Below are positions 8,220 through 15,067 of a DNA stretch of 63,188 nt, in pieces (the stretch's first letter is position 1; every line of letters starts with the position of its first letter). The notes beneath the pieces were generated by a model that saw only the letters and a program-made list of their open reading frames with translations, had not been told where the DNA came from and ran no database searches. The translations under genes were made by a program, and so were the position numbers. Origin of the DNA: a bacterium (lineage in GTDB: Bacteria; SZUA-182; SZUA-191; JAJRXT01); NCBI GenBank assembly GCA_024277675.1, contig JAJRUS010000030.1, positions 1 through 63,188 of the forward strand, in the 5' to 3' direction.

Positions 8220-8300
8220 TTTCACCACAAAGACCACAAAGAACTTCTTAAAAAATCTATTTGTTTTTTCCTCTGTGATCTTTGTGCTCTTTGTGGTAAA
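8220..8300. repeat. REP-like imperfect palindrome (caccacaaagaccacaaaga...tctttgtgctctttgtggt)
   Basis: Inverted arms visible; related half-copies at about 1051-1068 and 32772-32930. Confidence 0.7.
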
Positions 8301-8309
8301 TACTTCAGT

Positions 8310-8984
8310 TTATCTCTGTTTTCTGGGATGGTTCAGCCTATCCCCACCCCAGGGGTAATCCACATCCAGGTCTTTGACAGCCGAAGCGGCGCCGGGGCCT
8401 TTCTGCTTACCCATAAAATTGTTATATCTTTGTTGTAACTCTTTAGCCCGCTGGGCATAGGCATTTGATTTACCATGATAATCCACCACATCCGCCTCAA
8501 TGGTTGAATCAGAAGTCTGGGCGTAAATGCGAGATAAAGCCTCGCAACATAGAGCCGAGGCCAACAAAACCAGACCATCCTGCATGGAAGCCGGAATCTC
8601 ATCCAGGCTTGCCTCATCATATGGGGTGGTGTAGCTGAGGCGCAGGATTTCACCAGCTTGTGGAGTATGATTTATAAGTAGCAACTTCTCCCCGACAGTG
8701 GATTTATAAATGCTATAATCGGCGGCCTCCAGATAAACCGGCGCCCGTTTCCCGGTGGGATATTCCACTTTCTGCAGCCAGGAGACGCCGGCTTGCCAGT
8801 CAGTCGGCAGATTATACTGATAACCGCCGTCAGCGACAATATCGGCCACCCGCATTCGGGGATAATCCCTGCTGAAATAACTCAACGCCTCCAGGATAAA
8901 ATTATCGGTCTCCCCGGTTTTGAGCTTACCGGCCTCATCCTGCATGAGCCGTCTGACCTTAGTTCTATAATCTATGATTGACAT
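8310..8984 (-). CDS. Head-tail adaptor/connector protein
   Basis: Position after the capsid; helical N- and C-termini with a central beta insert (YQYNLPTDW...LRLSYTTPY; ASALCCEALS...). Confidence 0.6.
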   Translation of the reverse strand: MSIIDYRTKVRRLMQDEAGKLKTGETDNFILEALSYFSRDYPRMRVADIVADGGYQYNLPTDWQAGVSWLQKVEYPTGKRAPVYLEAADYSIYKSTVGEKLLLINHTPQAGEILRLSYTTPYDEASLDEIPASMQDGLVLLASALCCEALSRIYAQTSDSTIEADVVDYHGKSNAYAQRAKELQQRYNNFMGKQKGPGAASAVKDLDVDYPWGGDRLNHPRKQR

Positions 8985-9035
8985 TAAAATGCGGTCTCTT
9001 TCTTAAAGGTTACGATAATTTTGATTAAAGCAGGC

Positions 9036-9218
9036 CTAGCCTGCCTCGCCGCGCCATAGTTCACGGTCATACAACAATCTCTGCCTGAGCATACACTGCT
9101 CATCCACCGTATCGTACAGCGGGCAACCGGCATTAGTATTCTCGGCTAAGATAGCGGCACAGGTTTTTGAACTGGTAGCCGCAGATGAAAACGGGCAGTT
9201 ATAAGTAGGGGCTGCCAT
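9036..9218 (-). CDS. Small Cys-rich phage protein (60 aa)
   Basis: RBS GGAGG before ATG at 9218; four Cys (NCPF..TC..GCPL..QC). Confidence 0.55.
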   Translation of the reverse strand: MAAPTYNCPFSSAATSSKTCAAILAENTNAGCPLYDTVDEQCMLRQRLLYDRELWRGEAG

Positions 9219-9255
9219 AATATAATTCCTCCATAAAAAGTGCATTATACATAAA

Positions 9256-9278
9256 GGGGAGGCCATATATGCCTCCCC
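9256..9278 (-). terminator. Putative rho-independent terminator after the capsid gene
   Basis: 8-bp GC stem ggggaggc/gcctcccc followed by TTTAT on the minus strand. Confidence 0.55.
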
Positions 9279-9288
9279 CGAACAATCA

Positions 9289-11211
9289 TTATGCTACTAC
9301 CGATTTGTACATGCCGCGATGATCCAGCACACAGATACCGTAAATGTGGCGTATTTTATAAGTGATCTTATCCTGAGTGAACATCGAACCGGCAGTCGGC
9401 TGATCCTGAACGAATAATTCCGGTTCCTCGTTACCGTTAAAGAAACCGACCTCAACAGTGGGACAGTCCGCCGGGTCGCACACCACCGCCCAGTCGTTGG
9501 CATCCGTCCAGTAAGGCAGCACAATTACGCCCAGCCCATATGCTGAATGGATATTCGGCTCAGTACCGGCATTATTGGCAGCCCCTACCAAGGTGGACGA
9601 AGTGCTTAGACGATAGGCCGAATCCTCAAGCTCCAGCGGCACCAGCAGCCACTTAGCGGTAAGCCCCAGAATATCCACGCTATCCCCGTAAGCCGCCTGC
9701 TCACTCATGGTGATCTTGGCCGAGAGCAGGGAGTTAGCGCTTAAAGCGCTGCTGCCTAAGTTACTGTGCCCGGCATCGAATATGGGCAGCGCATCATATG
9801 AGGTGGCGTTATTGTTAACGATAATGTCAAACACGCTTTTATACAGGGTTCTGGCGGCCGCCCGGCCCAGTTTCTGGTGAATGTGGCGGATGGCCCCGAT
9901 ATCATCATTGGCGATCATCTCCAGGGTTAAATCCTCCAGACCACCTTTCTTGGCAATGCTGAAGGTGGCTTCCTCGTCACCGGGAGAGGTCAGGTTCTGG
10001 TAGCTGGCCGACTCGTTCACCGCTGGCAGAGTGCCGTAACCGCCGACCCGCATGCGCCGGTTAGTGCTGAAATCCCGCACTGCGGTCACATCGGATACAA
10101 TTTTACGCCAGTCATCCAACCCCGGTGTATTGTATTCAGCCAACATGCGGCGGGTGATGGACTCACCCAGAATCTCGGCCCAGGAGCTGCTGGTCAGCGA
10201 TTCGGTAAACTTGGTCAGATTACGGGCTTCCCGCAACTGCCCGCTTAAGGCATTGTCACCGGTGATAGTCACATAGGCTTCCCTGAAGGAGCGAAAGCGG
10301 GGCACTCCGGCTATATCCCGGTTGGCAAAAAAACCATCCAGCGCCTTTAAGGTACGCTCACCTCCCCCCAGGCCCAGCTCTACCTTAGTTGCTCCGGCTC
10401 CCTTGACCCGGTGAGTGCCGGAGATACGGGCCAGGAAATCCCGCTCATCTGAAATCGCCTCCCGTAGTTGAGTTTCATTGAAAACTCTCGAGGCAAAGCG
10501 GCGGCTTATCTTCTGCTGAGCCAATTGCGGCAGCCCGCTATTTTGCAGCGCTTCAACCAGCATTAATCTGCATTTAGCCTCCGCCAGCTCATTTTCCAGG
10601 CGTGACAGCCGCACATCGGAATCAGCGGCTGAGTCTGGCTGTTCAGCCACTTGTTGTTCAACAAAATCTCCCACATTTTCCAGCATAATTTCCTCCTCCT
10701 CATGTTTTGGACCAACACCGGCAACCAACTTCTCAATCCGGCCGCCAGCCGCTGGATTAACCACCACATCCACCAGATCCACCCGCTGAATACGGTCTAC
10801 CCATTTAACAAAACCCTTCTTTTCTCTAACCAGCCGGCTTACCCCCTGGGCCACTATAGAAAAGCCCACAATGTCATGCTTGCCCCGCTGCCAGGCATCC
10901 AGCATCAATACCCGCAGCCACTCGGCCGCCTCGGATATATGAAAGCCGGCCTTTATCTTGCCGTCCACAAACTGCGGCTCACTAAACCAACCCACAATAT
11001 TTTTTACATCTTTATTTATATATTTAATGTGCTGCTCATCCGCCCGGGCCAGCGCCCGCACCCCGGAAAAAAGCGGAACCGCTTCTTTCAGCACCGGCGG
11101 GGGATAATAGAAGCCATTACCGGACTTACCGGCTTCGATGATCACTACCTCCCACTCCCGCCCGGCTTTAGCCTGCGACTCTATAAGCGGTACATAAGAA
11201 TCAAGCTGCAT
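9289..11211 (-). CDS. Prohead protease-scaffold-major capsid fusion (Mu gpT-like capsid domain), 640 aa
   Basis: N-terminal protease motifs (EAGKSGNGFYY, EQH, GFSI, VDVVVNPAAGG), coiled-coil linker, C-terminal gpT-like LLVPLELE...WTDANDW...VEVGFFNG..EPE...ITYKIRHIYG. Confidence 0.85.
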   Translation of the reverse strand: MQLDSYVPLIESQAKAGREWEVVIIEAGKSGNGFYYPPPVLKEAVPLFSGVRALARADEQHIKYINKDVKNIVGWFSEPQFVDGKIKAGFHISEAAEWLRVLMLDAWQRGKHDIVGFSIVAQGVSRLVREKKGFVKWVDRIQRVDLVDVVVNPAAGGRIEKLVAGVGPKHEEEEIMLENVGDFVEQQVAEQPDSAADSDVRLSRLENELAEAKCRLMLVEALQNSGLPQLAQQKISRRFASRVFNETQLREAISDERDFLARISGTHRVKGAGATKVELGLGGGERTLKALDGFFANRDIAGVPRFRSFREAYVTITGDNALSGQLREARNLTKFTESLTSSSWAEILGESITRRMLAEYNTPGLDDWRKIVSDVTAVRDFSTNRRMRVGGYGTLPAVNESASYQNLTSPGDEEATFSIAKKGGLEDLTLEMIANDDIGAIRHIHQKLGRAAARTLYKSVFDIIVNNNATSYDALPIFDAGHSNLGSSALSANSLLSAKITMSEQAAYGDSVDILGLTAKWLLVPLELEDSAYRLSTSSTLVGAANNAGTEPNIHSAYGLGVIVLPYWTDANDWAVVCDPADCPTVEVGFFNGNEEPELFVQDQPTAGSMFTQDKITYKIRHIYGICVLDHRGMYKSVVA

Positions 11212-11214
11212 CAG

Positions 11215-11373
11215 TTAATCCCTCCCCCTCCGCCAGATTAATTTTTGACCGTGGCCGGTCACCAGTACCAGCCGGTCGCCATATTCCTTCCAGGCCAGCA
11301 GATCATCCCGTTTAAGCTTAAGTGCTTTCAGGGCCGATTTAAGCTCTCCCTGGCGCTCTTTCTTAATATCCAT
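11215..11373 (-). CDS. Small phage protein (52 aa) between portal and capsid
   Basis: Not in the track (<60 aa). RBS AAGGAG, then ATG: MDIKKERQGELKSALKALKLKRDDLLAWKEYGDRLVLVTGHGQKLIWRRGRD; fills the gap exactly. Confidence 0.65.
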   Translation of the reverse strand: MDIKKERQGELKSALKALKLKRDDLLAWKEYGDRLVLVTGHGQKLIWRRGRD

Positions 11374-11387
11374 TTCATCTCCTTCGG

Positions 11388-12734
11388 TTATGCTGGAGTT
11401 TTTAACTCCCGTTCAACATCTATATCCACCCCCAGCCGGGCGGCCAGTATGCCGAATACCTGGGCGGCGGTACGCTTGCTAACCCAACCCCGATCCTGCG
11501 CTGTCTGCAAGGCAACAGTTACCCGCTGCAGGGAGCTGGTCAGGGCGCCTATATCTTTAAGCGATATCTCCGGCATAATAAGGCTGAAGGGGGACATATC
11601 CCCATTACTCAGCTCAGCCGGTAGTGTCCGGTGGATGATGGCCTGGTCTATACAGAACCTGAATATATGCTCCAGCATGTATTTAAAATAGCGCTGGCGG
11701 GCAGCCAGACGTTTTATGGTAGGCTCGCCCATCTCGGCGGCGGTGGCCCGGTTGGTCTCTCCCCCTTCGGCAAACCAGTGCTCCGGAAAACCGGCGCCCC
11801 CCAGAATATGATTTTTTAAAAGGCGCGCCTCGCTTGATGCGTCATTGGCCTTTAGGTCCGGGGCTACCGCCCTATACTCCACATTTTCGTTATGCGCCCG
11901 CACCGAACCGGGTTTGGGGGCCGGGGTATTGCGCAGGAAGCGCTCAATCTCCTCCTGGGTCAGCCCTTTTAAGGTAACATCCCACACAAAGGCATTTATC
12001 AGCGCCGCCCGATCCAGCCGGTTGAACAAAAACTCATCATAGCCTGAAAGCCAGTCGGCCAGGGCCAGTAAATCAGAACGTCCGCGGGTGGAGTTTGAGA
12101 CACTGTTTACCTTGAAGAAAAAACACTCGCCGGTCAGATAGCCATAGGTTTCACTCATCGGGTCTTCATCCAGTTGGACTACCTTCAGCATCCGGCCCGC
12201 TTGTGTGCCTGTACCCTTTAGCTTGACATGGGTGATAAGCTCGCAATTATCGGCATCGGCCAGCACCTCATCGATGTGCAGCGGATCGATATAGCCCAGG
12301 CGTACCTGGCCGTTGTATTCATTAACTGCCGCCGTATAACACTGCTCGCCGTATAATCCCAGCTCCAGCACCTTCTGATGCTGCTTTAAGTCCCATAGAT
12401 TTACCGGATCGCGCCAGAAGGCGTCCAGGACACCTTTAACGGCATCATCGGCAGCCTCATAGGTTATTCCCTCGCCCACCACAAAATCCTTGGTCAGCTC
12501 AATAATACGATGGGCCAATGGATTGGTTTCATATAAATGGTAGGCGATCTGGAGCATCCGCTCCTGCTTTAAGGGAGATAAATCCTTGTTTTGACTGCCG
12601 GTCAGTTTACGGTACAAATGCTCATCGGCATCGATCCCGCCGCCACCCGGCAGGGCCTCGCGAATGCCCTGCTTAATCTGCCGGTTTATATAGTTACCGG
12701 CAACTAACTTCAATAATTTATGCTGCATCCCCAT
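11388..12734 (-). CDS. Phage portal protein
   Basis: 448 aa directly after the terminase; YETNPLAHRIIELTKDFVVGEG, RGRSDL, GAGFPEHWF, ATAAEM..PT. Confidence 0.85.
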   Translation of the reverse strand: MGMQHKLLKLVAGNYINRQIKQGIREALPGGGGIDADEHLYRKLTGSQNKDLSPLKQERMLQIAYHLYETNPLAHRIIELTKDFVVGEGITYEAADDAVKGVLDAFWRDPVNLWDLKQHQKVLELGLYGEQCYTAAVNEYNGQVRLGYIDPLHIDEVLADADNCELITHVKLKGTGTQAGRMLKVVQLDEDPMSETYGYLTGECFFFKVNSVSNSTRGRSDLLALADWLSGYDEFLFNRLDRAALINAFVWDVTLKGLTQEEIERFLRNTPAPKPGSVRAHNENVEYRAVAPDLKANDASSEARLLKNHILGGAGFPEHWFAEGGETNRATAAEMGEPTIKRLAARQRYFKYMLEHIFRFCIDQAIIHRTLPAELSNGDMSPFSLIMPEISLKDIGALTSSLQRVTVALQTAQDRGWVSKRTAAQVFGILAARLGVDIDVERELKTPA

Positions 12735-12738
12735 TAGC

Positions 12739-14514
12739 TTACCCCCATACCCTTTTGCGATTCGACCGATACCAGCCCTTGGGCGGCTCTAAACCACTTA
12801 TTGCCGCCGGTACAAAATGCATGAGCGCCCGATATAGATAAGTCAGCGCCTTTAGCATATCGATATGCCCTGAACCGGCAGGCTTGATAAGCCGCATCTT
12901 ATCATGTCCCTTAATTTCATAGCGGCAACTTTTAAGCTGCCGGCAAAGCTCGGCATATTCGGCGGAATCATCGTTGCGAAATATCTTAAGTCGCTCATTA
13001 TTAATCAGCGCCAACAGGCCATAACAATCCTGGCTGACCGAATTACTATCGGCGGCATATGCGGTAACTCCGGGATAATGTTTAGCCAGGTACTTGGCAA
13101 TCTGCTCGCCCACCCCCCTGGCATCCACCACGGCCGCCTTGGGCCGCCACAGCTTAAGCAGCTTAAGCAGGCTTGATTGCTGACCCGGCAGACCGCTTGG
13201 CTCATCTCCCAGAGATTTACCCGTCCACCAATAAATATCCACCAGCCGGCAGGCCGGATAGTCATTCCGCAGATTCCCCGGCTCAATCTCAAATACCAGC
13301 GCTACCGTACTGTCCCTGGCCCCCCTGCTTTTCTTGGCCGGATCATCCTCTTCGGCCTCGGCCTCACCGGCAATATCGATGCTGACTATATATTCCCGGC
13401 CATCCCGGGGAGCGGCATAGCGCTGATGTTCAGCATTAAGCAGGTTGCTGATATGATGAGCCTTCAGATACCCACCCAGCGTGTCCACATCCACCAGATC
13501 ATATTGAGTGAGAATCACCGGATGATCAGCCCCCAATTTGCGCAGCCGTTCCTCATAGTGCCTGGCATACTGGGGCAACAATTCACACCAGATGTGGGCC
13601 GGATAGGAAAGATTTAATTCAGGATTATGCTCCTGGTTATGCTGTACATATTCATATAATAAATCCTGTTTATCGGCGGCCACTCCCCACATGATAATCG
13701 GTACATTATGATAGGCCGCCATAGGGCCGAAATCCTCCTCGAACTTGCCCTTGTCCACCTTATGCGCCTCATCTATATCCAGCGCAATCGAGGCGGTAGA
13801 GCCCACCACATTGGCGCCCTTGTCGGTGGACAGGAAAACTAGCTGCGCCTGACCGTGTTCCAAAATAAAACCCTCCCGGCGCTTATAATCATTATTGATT
13901 AAGGGATCCATTTTTAAAAATTTCTCCACCCGCTGTTTTGAATTTATCATCTGAGGTTTCCAGGTGGGTGCGGTGCGAATGTAAGTACCGCCCTGCTCCC
14001 GGTAATTAATAAGCGCCCGCACACATAACATAGCCGAACATTCATTCTTCATGGTCTGTCTGGCGCTGCGCACCGTGATTACTTTGCCGGTTTTGTTTGT
14101 AATGTGCTCTTCAATTAAACTGATAGCCTCAGCCTGAGGCGGAAAAAGCGGCAAATTATATAATGTAGTACGATGAAAAACCACATCACTAAGCGCTCTC
14201 TCCACCAGAGACTCAAGCCGATTGGCCTGAGAATCATCCCCTATATTATCCATTTGCCGGGCCAGGCGCTGCCCCTTCTGGGCAATGCTCAGAGAACTTG
14301 AAAGCCTCAAAATATCCAGGGGTTTTATCTTATCCTCGTCCGTCGGCTGACTAAGCTCATCCAGCCGGCACAGATGATCAATTATTTTTTGTATCAATAA
14401 TTGATAGGCCTTGAAATGCTCGATGTTAATCTGTGCTATATCATGCTCATTTACCCCTGGGGTGATGCCCGGCTTTTTGGTTCTCCTCCCGCATTTTTTT
14501 TTATTTTTAGCCAT
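12739..14514 (-). CDS. Terminase large subunit with an ~110-aa N-terminal extension
   Basis: ATPase: PPQ adenine motif, SARQTMKNE (atypical Walker A), LDIDEAH (Walker B). Nuclease acidic motifs: SIDIAG, VVDARGVG, HIDMLKAL. Confidence 0.85.
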   Translation of the reverse strand: MAKNKKKCGRRTKKPGITPGVNEHDIAQINIEHFKAYQLLIQKIIDHLCRLDELSQPTDEDKIKPLDILRLSSSLSIAQKGQRLARQMDNIGDDSQANRLESLVERALSDVVFHRTTLYNLPLFPPQAEAISLIEEHITNKTGKVITVRSARQTMKNECSAMLCVRALINYREQGGTYIRTAPTWKPQMINSKQRVEKFLKMDPLINNDYKRREGFILEHGQAQLVFLSTDKGANVVGSTASIALDIDEAHKVDKGKFEEDFGPMAAYHNVPIIMWGVAADKQDLLYEYVQHNQEHNPELNLSYPAHIWCELLPQYARHYEERLRKLGADHPVILTQYDLVDVDTLGGYLKAHHISNLLNAEHQRYAAPRDGREYIVSIDIAGEAEAEEDDPAKKSRGARDSTVALVFEIEPGNLRNDYPACRLVDIYWWTGKSLGDEPSGLPGQQSSLLKLLKLWRPKAAVVDARGVGEQIAKYLAKHYPGVTAYAADSNSVSQDCYGLLALINNERLKIFRNDDSAEYAELCRQLKSCRYEIKGHDKMRLIKPAGSGHIDMLKALTYLYRALMHFVPAAISGLEPPKGWYRSNRKRVWG

Positions 14515-14537
14515 ACGGCGGTTTTTTTACTCCCCGG

Positions 14538-14789
14538 CTATAGGAGCCTATCGGACGTAGGCTCAATCTTCATATGCCAATACTTGGATTCCGGAACTAT
14601 ATGGGCTTTACGAATTACCCATTTTCCGCTTAACCAATATTTACCGACCAGAAAGCGGCGCTTCCCCTTCACCGCTTTTTTTATTAATTTTCCCAGGCGG
14701 CAATATTCCTGATAGGCGCCTTTCAACTCCAGATAGCGTTTAACCCAACACTCCAGGTCTGTTTCCATTGCAGGGGATACCTTACTCAT
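14538..14789 (-). CDS. Small basic hypothetical phage protein (83 aa), first gene of the cluster
   Basis: Co-oriented ORF upstream of the terminase; Lys/Arg/Trp-rich; no motif recognised. Confidence 0.55.
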   Translation of the reverse strand: MSKVSPAMETDLECWVKRYLELKGAYQEYCRLGKLIKKAVKGKRRFLVGKYWLSGKWVIRKAHIVPESKYWHMKIEPTSDRLL

Positions 14790-14853
14790 GCTATTATTTG
14801 ACCCGATCTATTCATAAAAAAGACGCCCTGGTAAATGCATTTAAGCTGGAACT

Positions 14854-14881
14854 ATTTTACATTATAACACTAATATGTCAA
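14854..14881 (-). promoter_or_regulatory. Putative sigma70 promoter for the phage cluster
   Basis: TTGACA-N16-TAAAAT on the minus strand about 65 bp upstream of the first ATG. Confidence 0.4.
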
Positions 14882-15035
14882 ATACAGTTACAAACCGTAA
14901 TACAGCAGAACCCAGCACATGAGGCCGCTATAGTTACAATTCGCAACATTTCTTATGTTATCGTTATATTATGTTGATTTGCTGTGTTTTCTGAATTGGA
15001 TTGTTTTTGAGGGGTATTCCGGGTTGATATTCTCT

Positions 15036-15067
15036 GCTACGAACCCTAAAGTCCGACAAGCTCCTAG
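15036..15067 (-). mobile_element. Isolated end of a CTAG-targeting IS/MITE
   Basis: 31/32 identical to 57216..57247 (right end of the MITE); its CTAG supplies the TAG stop of the TPR gene. Confidence 0.8.

Larger units (their letters stand above)
1..14789 (-). mobile_element. Prophage-derived virion morphogenesis cluster (head plus non-contractile tail genes; defective prophage or GTA-like); continues past the left edge of the window
   Basis: Co-oriented terminase, portal, capsid, adaptor, tail tube, chaperone and tape-measure-like ORFs in canonical order; no integrase, repressor or replication gene seen within the window. Confidence 0.9.

Noticed and set aside
8196-8438. 80-aa ORF MFSPCIKDFHHKDHKE...
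   Set aside because: Translation of a REP-like palindrome, antisense to and overlapping the adaptor gene.
9289-11211. Encapsulin nanocompartment with aminotransferase cargo
   Set aside because: The capsid is embedded with portal, terminase and tail genes; the aminotransferase is 6.5 kb away on the other strand with no recognisable targeting peptide.
10651-13617. Plus-strand ORFs of 65-196 aa opposite capsid, portal and terminase (and similar shadow ORFs throughout the window)
   Set aside because: Antisense shadows of well-supported genes with no motifs or RBS.
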